A stretch of DNA of 64,000 bases from an uncultured Actinomycetota bacterium (GTDB lineage: Bacteria > Actinomycetota > Actinomycetes > Streptosporangiales > Streptosporangiaceae). The stretch covers positions 5,149,209 to 5,213,208 of the forward strand of contig CAVRGA010000002.1 in assembly GCA_963720575.1 (NCBI GenBank). The letters are read 5' to 3'. Position numbers and translations under genes: made by a program. Positions 20,851 through 30,415 of this stretch are shown one piece after another (within the stretch, counting starts at the first letter, position 1; each line of letters opens with the position of its first letter). The notes under the pieces are model-generated. The model ran no database searches and had not been told where the DNA came from. It saw only the letters and a list, made by a program, of their open reading frames with translations.

Positions 20851-22031
20851 CATACTTGCCCGCCATGACGCGGACAGTGCGCCCGGTTGACGGCGTACGA
20901 GCCTCCTCGTTGCATGCCATCCACCGGCTCATGGAGAGCAGGCAGGGAGAGGCATTCCCTTTGCATGTCGGCGAGCCCTACCTGCGCATGCCCGAGGTGG
21001 CGCTTGATGCGTACGTCCGCGCTCTGCGCGACGGCAAGACCAGATACACCGACGCGCCAGGGATGCTGGCCTTGCGGGAGGCGCTTGCCGCGCGCCTGGC
21101 CGGGAACGGCGCTCCTGCTGTCGAGCGGTTGTTCGTCACCCCTGGCTCGTGCCAGGCCATCGCCGCGGTGCTGCAGTCGGTGGCGATTCCCGGCGGGATC
21201 GCCGTGCTGCCCCGCGTGCACTGGCCCATGCACCTGCAGCAGGTGGTGCTGGCTGGCCTGACACCTCGGTTCGTCGACATGTCCGGTCACCGCGCCGAGG
21301 TGACCGGCGCGCTCGAAGAGCTAGCCGGGCTAGGTGCGTGCGTGATCATCGTGAACTCGCCAGCCAATCCGGCGGGTACCGTACTCGACCGCGAACTGGT
21401 CGGCGCGATCCACGACTGGGCGAGCCGCCGCGGAATCTGGGTGATCAGCGACGAGGCGTACGAGGACTTCACCTACGAGGGGTCAGCGCCCGCGACGGCC
21501 GAGTTCGACCTGCGGCTGCCTGCTCCCGAGCGCGTGGTGTTCTCCGTGCACACCTTTTCCAAGGGCTACTCGATGACTGGCTGCCGCCTCGGCTATGTCG
21601 CCGCGCCGACGAAGGAGGCCGCTGACCGCCTGACCAGGATCCAGGAGGCGACGCTGGTGTCGCCGAGCACGCCGGTGCAGTATGCGGGCCTCGCGGCGCT
21701 GACCGACCAGCACTGCCTGCGCGAGCACAGCCAGTACGTCAGGATGACCAGGGACGCGATGCTCGCCGAAGCGTGGCTCGCTGGCCAGGTGCGGGCGTCG
21801 CCAGCCGGCGGCTGGTACATCCTCATCGATCTGGCCAGGTACACCGCTGACACCGACTGGCTGTGCCGCGAGCTGATCGAGCAGACAGGAGTCGCGGTCG
21901 CTCCCGGCGAGGATTTCTTCCCGCCCGGCGACCTGGCGGGACGTAGCATGGTCCGGCTGACGATGTGTCATGAACGCGAGATGACGTTGGAGGGAATCCA
22001 CAGGCTCCGCGAGTTTCTCGAGGCCCGATGA
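20847..22031 (+). CDS. PLP-dependent aminotransferase class I/II.
   Basis: About 395 aa from MTYLPAM, with ATGA overlap to the upstream stop. Aspartate-aminotransferase-family fold (NSPANPAGTV, SKGYSMTGCRLGY PLP-Lys region). Confidence 0.8.
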   Translation: MTYLPAMTRTVRPVDGVRASSLHAIHRLMESRQGEAFPLHVGEPYLRMPEVALDAYVRALRDGKTRYTDAPGMLALREALAARLAGNGAPAVERLFVTPGSCQAIAAVLQSVAIPGGIAVLPRVHWPMHLQQVVLAGLTPRFVDMSGHRAEVTGALEELAGLGACVIIVNSPANPAGTVLDRELVGAIHDWASRRGIWVISDEAYEDFTYEGSAPATAEFDLRLPAPERVVFSVHTFSKGYSMTGCRLGYVAAPTKEAADRLTRIQEATLVSPSTPVQYAGLAALTDQHCLREHSQYVRMTRDAMLAEAWLAGQVRASPAGGWYILIDLARYTADTDWLCRELIEQTGVAVAPGEDFFPPGDLAGRSMVRLTMCHEREMTLEGIHRLREFLEAR

Positions 22032-22706
22032 CCGGTCAGATACGCCAGCTGGCGGCGACGTACGCGGGCTACATGCGGCTGGACGGCCTGTTGGCATTGC
22101 AGCATCCGCGTACGCCCGCCATGGATGCCGCGACATGGGCGTCCGAGCACTTTTTCATCGTCTGCCATCAGGCCAGCGAGCTATGGGCGACCCAGATTCT
22201 CATCGACATCAGCGGGGCTGCGCGAAGCGCCGAAGCCGGCGACTGGGAGTTCGCGGTCGTCGCGCTCACCCGCGCATGCGCCCTGGTAGATCTGGTCAGG
22301 CAGAGCCTGACCTCGCTGCTCTGCATGCCGGTCGCGGACTTCATGCGCTTTCGCGGAGCGCTCGAAGGTGCCAGCGCGGCGGAGTCACGGCAGTTCGCCG
22401 CGCTGCTCCGGTGCGCGCGCGAGCCTGCGGTGCAGTCGCTCAGGGCCAGCCTGGCCACCGCGTTGCCCGCGACGGCGCCCGGCGGCAAGCACGGGTGCGG
22501 GTCATGCCCGGCACGCCGAGTGCGCGGCCGCCCGTGCGCTGGAGTCGCTGCTCGACGAGGTGCGCGACTGGCGGCGAATGCACGCGGAGATCGCCCGCCA
22601 TTTCATCGCCGACCTGCCGGGTACCGGTGGCACGAGCGGTGTCAGCTATCTGGTGCGTGATGACGACGACCTCGGGTGGCACGAAGGTCAGCAAAGAGAT
22701 CATTAA
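22028..22706 (+). CDS. Tryptophan 2,3-dioxygenase-like protein. Apparent frame break near 22480-22510.
   Basis: Frame A 22028-: EHFFIVCHQASELWATQILID and FMRFRGALEGASAAESRQFAALL, TDO signatures. Frame B to 22706: DWRRMHAEIARHFIADLPGTGGTSGVSYL, TDO C-terminal GTGGSSG motif. ATGA overlap with the aminotransferase stop. Confidence 0.6.
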
Positions 22707-23132
22707 AGAGGTCGGCATGGGCAGGAGCGGGTCCCTCACGTGGGCGCAGCAACGGCAGTGGCTCAACATCAGCTGGCGGCGCCTGGACCAGAACTACTCC
22801 GTCCGGCTCCGCCGCTATCAGATCACCGTCGCCGGTCGCGAGCGCGAGCAAGGCACGGATCTTTGAGCCAGCGTCGTCGGCCGCCCCGCTGACGGCCCGC
22901 ACTCCAGCCGAGATGGCGCTGGCCGCGGCGTTCGAGTTCACGCACGGCTTCGCGCCACCGGACTTCGGGCTGCCGTACTTCATGGCGGGAGGACGACTTG
23001 GCCGGGTCCCCGCGTTCATCGAGGCGGTGATCGAATCCGGTTATTCCGGCCTGGCTCCGCTGCACTTCATGGCGCCATGTTCGCTGCGCTGGGTCGCCTC
23101 GTCGTTGCGCCCGCGTGTGAGCGAAGGCAGCG

Positions 23133-23903
23133 TCACCGCGTGAAGAAGTGGGTCCGCGGGCGGTCGACGGCCTCGCCGTCAATGAGAATGTCGACCTTCT
23201 CGTTGTAGAACGAGACGAGGCCGGCGATCGGCGATAGCTGCCTGGCAGGGAATTCATAGGACCAGGCCAGGTCCTTGTGCACGCTCCCGGCTGTCGTGAC
23301 CGACCAGTAGCGGCTCGTCGTGCCCTTGTAAGGGCACATCGTGACCGTGTTCGTCGGGGTCAGGCAGGCCCAGTTCAGCTCGGTGCGGTTCAGGTAGTAT
23401 CGCGTCGGCAATCCGGTTTCGAACACCATTACTGGTGACGACGACTCGGCCAGCACGGTTCCGCCTAGCTCGACTCGAACTGTCCGGGTGGAACGCAAAG
23501 CGTCGACCCGCACGTAAGGGCTCCGAGGGTGCCCGAACACCACCTCGTCCTCTTCGAACCAGGTATCAAGAGCACACCAGTCGAATCGGATCGTCTCCGA
23601 CAGGGCGGCAATGGGGGATTCGGCGAGCACAACGGCGGCTTCCGGCCGGCGCGTGCCGGCTACGCGCAGTTCGTGCACCTCGCCAAGGCCGCGACTGCTC
23701 TCGCGCGATTGACCTGTCGGCGTCAGCAGGTCGGTCCGCACATCGGCGGCCGGCACGTAGTACTGCGGGTAGTGCGGCCATTCCCAGACGTACCTGGCGT
23801 TCGTGGTATCGAGCACCGTGGTGCCGTCCAGCATCGCCCGCACCCGGCGCGGCACCGGTTCGACGTGGTCCGCTGGCACGATCATCGCTGGGTAATCGTT
23901 CAT
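23133..23903 (-). CDS. DUF427 (tandem) domain protein.
   Basis: 256 aa. Two DUF427-like halves (…VLAESSSPVMVFETGLPTRYYLNRTEL…). Confidence 0.65.
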   Translation of the reverse strand: MNDYPAMIVPADHVEPVPRRVRAMLDGTTVLDTTNARYVWEWPHYPQYYVPAADVRTDLLTPTGQSRESSRGLGEVHELRVAGTRRPEAAVVLAESPIAALSETIRFDWCALDTWFEEDEVVFGHPRSPYVRVDALRSTRTVRVELGGTVLAESSSPVMVFETGLPTRYYLNRTELNWACLTPTNTVTMCPYKGTTSRYWSVTTAGSVHKDLAWSYEFPARQLSPIAGLVSFYNEKVDILIDGEAVDRPRTHFFTR

Positions 23904-23982
23904 CGTGCTTTCCTCGCAAGTAGGATCTGAGAAGATTTCCGACTGGCCATCGGCTGCTCTGGGGACGCGGCATGATGGCCGA

Positions 23983-24420
23983 ATGGATTACGAGCCGGTA
24001 CTCAGCCAGCTTAATCTGGCCGTACGCGACATGGGCGCGACAGCTGCGTTCTACCGCAGGCTGGGCCTGCCGATCGAGGCGAACGAGGACACGGAGCACG
24101 TCGCCTGCACTCTGCCCAACGGCATGATTATCGAGTGGGATCAGACCGACTTCGTGACCGTCTGGGACTCGAGTTCGACGGGCGAGACGGGCGGCACGAC
24201 CGTGCTGTGCTTCTCGCTGCCATCCCGGGACGCGGTCAATGACGTTTACGGCGACCTGATCGCTGGCGGGTACCATGGACGGCAGCAGCCTTACGACGCG
24301 TTCTGGGGCGCGCGCTACGCCATCGTCGCAGATCCTGATGGCAACCCTGTCGGGTTGATGAGCCCGATCGACCCTGACTTCAAATACTGGCCGCCTGAGA
24401 CGCCCCCGTCAGGACCATGA
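23983..24420 (+). CDS. VOC/glyoxalase-family protein.
   Basis: About 145 aa from MDYEPVLSQLNLAVRDMGATAAFYRRLGL. C-terminal DPDGNPVGL glyoxalase-fold motif. Confidence 0.65.
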   Translation: MDYEPVLSQLNLAVRDMGATAAFYRRLGLPIEANEDTEHVACTLPNGMIIEWDQTDFVTVWDSSSTGETGGTTVLCFSLPSRDAVNDVYGDLIAGGYHGRQQPYDAFWGARYAIVADPDGNPVGLMSPIDPDFKYWPPETPPSGP

Positions 24421-24832
24421 GCGCCCGTGGTCGCGCAGGCGTCGCTGCCGGAAGATCCGGTCCATGATCTCTGGGGCTGCTTGCGGTGACCTGTCCGATC
24501 ACCCGGCGCTTGACTGGCGGGCGGACATGCCGTTAGCTGGACGCGTGGTCTCCCCGATCCGGGGATGCCGCACCGGTCTGCGGGTTCAGGTCCTCGGACA
24601 CAGTAATCCTCATAACCGGCTGTTTTTGGGCGGGCACCGAGATTCGCCAGCGCCCAGTTCCACGCCTGCCTCCGCACATCCTCCCCTGGCCGAGCGCTCG
24701 TCGGCTGCACGGGCACTGCCGCCGAGATCGCCGCTACAGATGCCTTGCCGCGTCCTGGTACCGGCGGCACGGCTGGACGTTCCCGGCCGGGAGATGCCAC
24801 CCAGCGAACTAGAGCTGAAGGCGAATTACCAG

Positions 24833-25180
24833 CTAAGAAAACTGGATCACGAGCATCAACGAGCGCGACGGCGGATGCGGCGGGGGCGCTACCGCAGCCA
24901 GGATGTCAGCCGCGACAAACAGAGCCAATGCCGACACCATGAGCGCTCGTCGCGGAAGGCGCGCGGTGCCCGCAGCGAGGACCGGACCGCCGATTGCGCA
25001 GGCAATGGCGAAAGCGGTGACAAGGAGACCAGCCGGGCTTGTCGAGACGCCGAGGCTTCGAGCCACCGCTGGGAGCACGCCGCCGATCACGAAGGCGTCC
25101 GTGCCTATCGCGAACGTTCCGATAGCCAGCACGATCAGCGGGCGCCGGAGGCTCGTGAGATCCTGCCCGGGCGCCCTTGG
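24833..25180 (-). pseudogene. MFS transporter, N-terminal fragment only (truncated remnant).
   Basis: Minus-frame translation RRPLIVLAIGTFAIGTDAFVIGGVLPAVARSLGVS…AFAIACAIGGP… gives typical MFS TM1-TM2 with loop motif. The frame then runs into nonsense and a stop at 24833. No continuation in any frame. Confidence 0.4.
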
Positions 25181-25211
25181 CAGGTTCGCTTCCCGCGGCC
25201 CGGCCGAGAAG

Positions 25212-26756
25212 GTGGATGACACCACGTCTGGACCATTCGTCCAGGTCAGCTCCGTGTCTTGCGTCTCTCCCGGCAACTGCGTGGCGGTCGGCGCGGCGGA
25301 CGACAGCCAGCAGGCGTTCGCGGTCACCGAGCTCAAGGGGGCCTGGGGCGCCGCGCACATCATCGCCGTCCCTGCTGGCAGCCTCAGCGCCCAGCTCAAT
25401 TCGGTGTCGTGCGCCTCGCTCGCCGACTGCGGCGCCGGCGGCACCTACAGCGACGCGGACACCGCCTTCCACGCGTTCGTCGTCACCGAGACCAAGGGCG
25501 CCTGGGGCGCCGCGCAGGATGTCCCTGGCATCGTGCCCGTGCTTTCCGGTCCGGCCGCCCAGGTGCTCTCGGTGTCCTGTCCGACTGCGGGCAACTGCGC
25601 GGCCGGCGGGATCGAAGGCGACGGGGCCGCGTTCGTCGTCGACGACGTCGCCGGCGCCTGGGGCAAAGCCCGGCCCCTGAAGTCCGAGGGCAGCGGAGGC
25701 GGCATCCAGTCGGTATCGTGCTCGTCGCCCGGCAACTGCAGCGCGGTCGGCTTCACCGGTCTTGTCGTGAGCGAGGCTGACCACCACTGGACCGCCGCGC
25801 AACTCCTGCCTGGCGAGCCCTTCCTCTCGTCGGTCTCGTGCGCGGCTCCCGGCGACTGCGCGGCAGGCGGCGGCACGTCCGCCAACAAGCAGCTCGTCAT
25901 CGACGAGACGAACCCTGTCGTCGGGATTTACTCCGACTTCACCTCCACAGCCGACGTCAGGAAGGCGATCAGCCAGGGCTGGTCGCTGCTGGCCAACATC
26001 GCCGGGCTCGGGGCACCGGCCGGATGCGCAGCTCCGTGGACGAAGCCCGCACCTGCCCGCGCCAAGCTCGACTCCGACTACCAGGTCGAGCAGGTGCTCA
26101 GCAAGCAGGCAACTGACCATCCGGCCTGGATCTCCTACTGGACGCCCGAGATTCCACCCGTCGGGACCGACCTTTTCGACGCGGGCAAGGCGGCCGGCCA
26201 GGCCGCCGCGGCCGACGTCGCCAGCGTTGCCCGCACTGTCCTGAACCCGGTCACGCCCACCTACGTCGCTCTCGATTTCGAGACCAGCGCACCGGCCGGG
26301 CAGCCATCAGCGAAGTCCTGCGGGCACGACGCCGACCCGGGAAAGCGCCCCAAGAAGGGCGACAAGCAGTGCTGGGACTGGGCGAGCAAGGAGAAGGCCA
26401 ACTGCTTTGGCGTCGGGCCGGCCGACTGGAAGCAATTCGCCCTGGGCTGGGCCGCTGGCGTCGAGTCGGCAAAGTCGCTTCAGCTCGCCCCGGCCATCTA
26501 CGTCAACAAGACCGAGTACTCGACCGACAAGGCAGGCACGTTCGGCCTGCCGGTCATCGTGGCCATCAGCCCGATCCTGACGAGTAAGCCCATCCAGGGC
26601 CAAGGCCCCAACATCATCGGCTACGCCGGCTTCTACGGAACCTGCCAGGGCGCGGCAGCAGACGTGGCGAAGATCCGCAGCTGGGGCCGCCTGGATAACT
26701 CGGTGCAGTTCACCGCCAGCAAGATCTTCCCGCCGTCAGCCACGGGGACATGCTGA
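25212..26756 (+). CDS. Cys-containing repeat protein, paralogous to the 26790-28232 lipoprotein. N-terminus uncertain and possibly truncated.
   Basis: At least five repeats of S-[VC]-S-C-x-[SA]-x-G-[ND]-C-x-A-x-G separated by ETKGAWG/AFVVTE-type spacers. The annotated long ORF start (24903) is antisense to the MFS fragment. No signal peptide found. Confidence 0.45.
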   Translation: MDDTTSGPFVQVSSVSCVSPGNCVAVGAADDSQQAFAVTELKGAWGAAHIIAVPAGSLSAQLNSVSCASLADCGAGGTYSDADTAFHAFVVTETKGAWGAAQDVPGIVPVLSGPAAQVLSVSCPTAGNCAAGGIEGDGAAFVVDDVAGAWGKARPLKSEGSGGGIQSVSCSSPGNCSAVGFTGLVVSEADHHWTAAQLLPGEPFLSSVSCAAPGDCAAGGGTSANKQLVIDETNPVVGIYSDFTSTADVRKAISQGWSLLANIAGLGAPAGCAAPWTKPAPARAKLDSDYQVEQVLSKQATDHPAWISYWTPEIPPVGTDLFDAGKAAGQAAAADVASVARTVLNPVTPTYVALDFETSAPAGQPSAKSCGHDADPGKRPKKGDKQCWDWASKEKANCFGVGPADWKQFALGWAAGVESAKSLQLAPAIYVNKTEYSTDKAGTFGLPVIVAISPILTSKPIQGQGPNIIGYAGFYGTCQGAAADVAKIRSWGRLDNSVQFTASKIFPPSATGTC

Positions 26757-26789
26757 GCGTTCTCCAGACCGGAACGCACCGCGTACGGG

Positions 26790-28232
26790 CTATGGCTGTA
26801 TCCCCGGGACTCGTTCGGCTTTGCTCCAGGTGCCGTTCTTCTCGGTGGTGGCGAAAGGCTCCGGAGAGTGCTTGCCGTCGTAGGTGCCGGCGATGGCGCA
26901 GTCGCCGGGGGCGCCGCACGACAGCGTCAGGTTGTCGATGTACTCGCTCAGCGCTGCGGTGCCCGCCAGTTGCTCGGGCTTGCCCCAGCGCCCGTTCTTC
27001 TCCGTGGTGACGAAGGCCCTGACAGGGTTGCTGGACCCGGTGACGGAGTTGTAGATGCCGGCGGCGGTGCAGTTGCCCGCCGAGAAGCAGGCCAGCCCGG
27101 CGATGAAGCTGTACTTGCCGGTATTCAGCGCGGCGAGGCCGGGCAGGAGCCTGGCGCGGGCCCATGTGCCGTGTGTCTCGGTGGCGACCCATGCCTGGCC
27201 AGGCTTCTTGCCGTCGAGGTACTCGCCGCCCGCGGTGCAGTCGCCGGCCGACGAGCAGGACAGGGATGTGTCCGCGGGGATGGACACCCCGCCGCCGGGT
27301 ATGGCCCCGATGCCCGGGATCAGCCGGCCCGCGTCCCAGACACCGCGAGTCTCATTGACCGCGAAGACAAAGTCGCCTTCGGGGGTGAAGTAGTTCCCGG
27401 TGCCGGTGCAGTTGCCGCCTGGCTGGCACGAGAGCTGGTCAATGCCCTCGCCCTGCACCCCGGCCGCGATGGCAGGGAACGTATGCACCGTGCCCCAGAT
27501 GCCGTTCCTCTGGCTGGCGGCGTAGCCGCGGAACGCCCCAATAGTGCCGTAACGTCCGGCGACGGTGCAGTTGCCAGGCGATACGCAGGACAGGGCGGTA
27601 TTGCTGGCGGCCAGGCCTTGATCGAGCGCGATCAGGCCGGGAAGCGGCTCGGCCTTGCCCCACGTGCCGTTCTTCTCGCTGACCACGAACACCTGCCCGA
27701 CCCGGTGACCCGGAGCGCCGCTGGGCTGATACGTACCGGACGCGGTGCAGTTGCCCGCCGAGCGGCACGATATCTGCTGGACATGCGCCTCCCCGCCCGC
27801 GTTCAGGGCGGCCAGGCCGGGAACCGCCTCCGCGATGCCCCACACCCCGCCGCGCTCGGTAACCACGAGCGCCTGCAGCCCGCTTTTCTCGAAAATGCCG
27901 CCGCCCGCTCCGCAGTTGCCCTTGGACGAACACGACACCGACCCCAGCCAGGCGCTCAGGTGACCGCCCGGCAGGCGAACTGTCCCTGCCTTGCCCCAGG
28001 CGCCCCTGTTCTCGCTCACCACCAGCGGCCCGTTCGCGTGCCGGTAATAGAGGATGCCGACGGCCGCGCAACTGCCGGCCGAGACGCAGTTGACCGAGTC
28101 AATCTCACCGCCGACCGGCTGCGCGCCAGCTGCCGAAGCCGGCCCGGCTCCGAGCCCGCACGCCGAGATCACCGCCGCCGTCACCGCTGCCGCCCGCGCC
28201 AAAGGAACCAAGTCCCGTAACCGTCCCGCCAT
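26790..28232 (-). CDS. Secreted lipoprotein with about nine repeats of a roughly 45-aa Cys-containing unit.
   Basis: Start MAGRLRDLVPLARAAAVTAAVISAC, signal peptide plus lipobox ISAC. Repeats of …SC.S.GNC.A.G.Y…FVV.E.NG.WGKA..LPGL.AL…. Confidence 0.6.
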   Translation of the reverse strand: MAGRLRDLVPLARAAAVTAAVISACGLGAGPASAAGAQPVGGEIDSVNCVSAGSCAAVGILYYRHANGPLVVSENRGAWGKAGTVRLPGGHLSAWLGSVSCSSKGNCGAGGGIFEKSGLQALVVTERGGVWGIAEAVPGLAALNAGGEAHVQQISCRSAGNCTASGTYQPSGAPGHRVGQVFVVSEKNGTWGKAEPLPGLIALDQGLAASNTALSCVSPGNCTVAGRYGTIGAFRGYAASQRNGIWGTVHTFPAIAAGVQGEGIDQLSCQPGGNCTGTGNYFTPEGDFVFAVNETRGVWDAGRLIPGIGAIPGGGVSIPADTSLSCSSAGDCTAGGEYLDGKKPGQAWVATETHGTWARARLLPGLAALNTGKYSFIAGLACFSAGNCTAAGIYNSVTGSSNPVRAFVTTEKNGRWGKPEQLAGTAALSEYIDNLTLSCGAPGDCAIAGTYDGKHSPEPFATTEKNGTWSKAERVPGIQP

Positions 28233-28472
28233 CGAGATCACCGCCCCATGGATTCGTCGTCGCCTGGTTAGCTGACGCCTGACGCGCCGCCCGGGTTTAC
28301 CTCCCAGGTGCCTCTGCGGCCGATTAGCACGGCACTGCGGGGCGGTCACCGCTTATATCACGGTAAAGTCGCACCCTTTGGGGGGCCGCTCCGGTTATGC
28401 GCCGGGCTACGATCGGAGCATGGGCGAGCAGTTGCCGTCTACGGCGCACGCATCCGGAGAGCGTCCGGGGCC

Positions 28473-28952
28473 ATGACGAAGTACCAGGCAGCGTGGCAGG
28501 AGATACGGGACTTACCGATCGGGCTTCGCGTCTTCTTTGGGCTTATCGCAGCCGGTTTCGTAGCGTTCTTCGGCGTATTCGACCTGCCGGTCACGGTCAA
28601 CGCGGTCGCGTTCCTAGCGGGCGCCGGCGGCCATGGCAGGTTCATCGCTACCGGCACCCGCGTCTCCTGCGGCGGGGATAACGGTTGCAACACGTTCACC
28701 GATGGCTACCTGGAACCCGGCCATATCTCGGCCACGGTGCCGGGTGTGGTCCATGGCTCGTTCCCGGCCCGGCTCCCAGTCTGGGTCTGGGGGCCAGACA
28801 ATGCCATGCCTTTCAGCCGCGACTCGGCGATCTTATGGGCGGTCTTTCTAGGTGGCATCCAGCTGGTACTGGCAGGGATCATCGCGTTCGCGGTCTACCA
28901 CGGGGCACGGGCATGGCGGTCTGCCAGGAGGCGCCGGGCCAAGCGAGAATGA
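28473..28952 (+). CDS. Small membrane protein (two predicted TM helices), unknown function.
   Basis: Start MTKYQAAWQEIRDLPIGLRVFFGLIAAGFVAFFGVF. Second hydrophobic segment near the C-terminus. Confidence 0.45.
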   Translation: MTKYQAAWQEIRDLPIGLRVFFGLIAAGFVAFFGVFDLPVTVNAVAFLAGAGGHGRFIATGTRVSCGGDNGCNTFTDGYLEPGHISATVPGVVHGSFPARLPVWVWGPDNAMPFSRDSAILWAVFLGGIQLVLAGIIAFAVYHGARAWRSARRRRAKRE

Positions 28953-28957
28953 GCGGC

Positions 28958-30283
28958 TCAGCTTCCTCCGGCGCACATGAGCGTCGATCCTCCGATGTAG
29001 GCCTCCAGGCCGTCCAGGACGGACGCCCGCGTCCCGAAGTTGACGTTGGTGTCGGAGCCCGGCTCCCACGTGAACCCGAAATGCGGCAGGGCGGCGATCG
29101 CATCGGCGTTGTTCTCGATGAAAACCCTCAGGTCGCCGTCATTGAAGTCGTGCAGCGAACAGTAGGCGCCGCGCTCGAAGTTCCCCTTGAAGATCAGGAA
29201 CTGGCCGAAGCCGTTGGTATTGGGTCCGCCTATGGTGCAGCCATCCGGCCAGGTGGCCGATTCGCACGGCTCGCTCAGAATGGCCGGCACGCCGGAGACC
29301 GTCGGCGGGCTGGTCAGGCTTGAGTTTGTGGTGACGGTGGTCGCCAGTTCGTCGGCCAGATTGCCGAAGAGGCTGCTGTAGGCGCCGCAGGTCGTCGTCA
29401 CGGGGCAGTACGCCTTGGCCGCTACCGACAGGTCAGCGTAGGCGTTGACCATCTCTCCTTGAGTGGACAGCCATTTTTGGGTGCCAGTTGCCGCGGTGCA
29501 GCCCGAGCTTGGGTCGGTTTCCCCGGCGATAAAGAACTCCGAGCCGGATGCGCCCGGGGCGGGCGTGCCGGCCACGTGGTTAGTCATCTCCGACATGACG
29601 CTGTCGGCAACCTGGAGGGCACCGCCCTTGCCGTCAGCCTTGCCGCCCATGTACTCGGCGTTACCGGTGATCTCGTACAGCCAGGCCGAGTCCCGTACGT
29701 ACAGGGAGTTAGCGAAACCGTCTTCGAGTTCGGGCTTCGACGCATCGGCGTTCTGCTGGACGATGAGGTCGCAGTCCTCCATGTACCCCTGGTCGGTGAT
29801 GTTGTTCCAGAGCTGCTCGGCCGCGTACAGGTACTTGCTGAGCTTGGTGTCCTCGTAAGCGTTGATCAGCGCCTGCTCCCACCAGCCCATGTCGTCGTAC
29901 CAGTGATTGTCGAACGGCGAGACTCCCTCGTCATCCGCGCCAGCGGGGCATCCTCCGTCGCAGAAGGTGCTGAACGTGTTCGAGAAGTCGGCCTTGATCG
30001 AGGTGATATTGCCCTGCCGGGTCGTGTTCGTGGTGCCGGTGTTGTTCTCGGCGTAATCAAAGAGCGCCATGAACGTGTCCGCCGTCCACCACCAGCAGTT
30101 TCCCGACTCCTGGCTGGCCGGACAGGTCGTGCTGAACAGGCCCGTGCTGTTCTGGTAAACGCCGAGAATGTCACTGGCGGCCGTGTCAGCCGCCGCGCTG
30201 GGCGTGACGGCTGCGCCGGCACCGGGTATTCCGAAAGCGAGAATGCCTAATGTGGTTACTAGCACACAAAGGATTCGTTTCAT
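28958..30283 (-). CDS. Secreted glycoside-hydrolase-like protein (possibly GH76 family).
   Basis: Start MKRILCVLVTTLGILAFGIPGAGAA (signal peptide). YDDMGWW and WLYEITGN segments resemble the GH76 six-hairpin family. The family call is tentative. Confidence 0.45.
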   Translation of the reverse strand: MKRILCVLVTTLGILAFGIPGAGAAVTPSAAADTAASDILGVYQNSTGLFSTTCPASQESGNCWWWTADTFMALFDYAENNTGTTNTTRQGNITSIKADFSNTFSTFCDGGCPAGADDEGVSPFDNHWYDDMGWWEQALINAYEDTKLSKYLYAAEQLWNNITDQGYMEDCDLIVQQNADASKPELEDGFANSLYVRDSAWLYEITGNAEYMGGKADGKGGALQVADSVMSEMTNHVAGTPAPGASGSEFFIAGETDPSSGCTAATGTQKWLSTQGEMVNAYADLSVAAKAYCPVTTTCGAYSSLFGNLADELATTVTTNSSLTSPPTVSGVPAILSEPCESATWPDGCTIGGPNTNGFGQFLIFKGNFERGAYCSLHDFNDGDLRVFIENNADAIAALPHFGFTWEPGSDTNVNFGTRASVLDGLEAYIGGSTLMCAGGS

Positions 30284-30415
30284 CCTTTGACAGTAAGTTA
30301 AGCTGGATACGCTGACAATACCCGAAACGACAGCCACTTCAGATAATCAACGCGCCGGCACGCGCGCGGCGAGCCTAGCCTAGATGGCCCGTCGGCGCGC
30401 GCACGGCTGCGGTTA

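Noticed and set aside
22718-23143. Possible small gene or genes (MGRSGSLTWAQQRQWLNISWRRLDQNYSVRL… and …PAEMALAAAFEFTHGFAPPDFGLPYFMAGG…).
   Set aside because: The two plausible-looking segments are in different frames and match no family I recognise. I could not decide between a frame-broken small gene and chance ORFs in GC-rich DNA, so it is not listed as a feature.
24903-25211. N-terminal 100 residues of the 617-aa repeat-protein ORF.
   Set aside because: This segment is antisense to a recognisable MFS TM1-TM2 fragment and has no signal peptide or repeat unit. It is probably not translated as part of the repeat protein.
28958-30283. Confident GH76 alpha-mannanase assignment.
   Set aside because: Only the YDDMGWW and six-hairpin-like segments support it. 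Without a profile search the family call stays tentative and is recorded as low-confidence.
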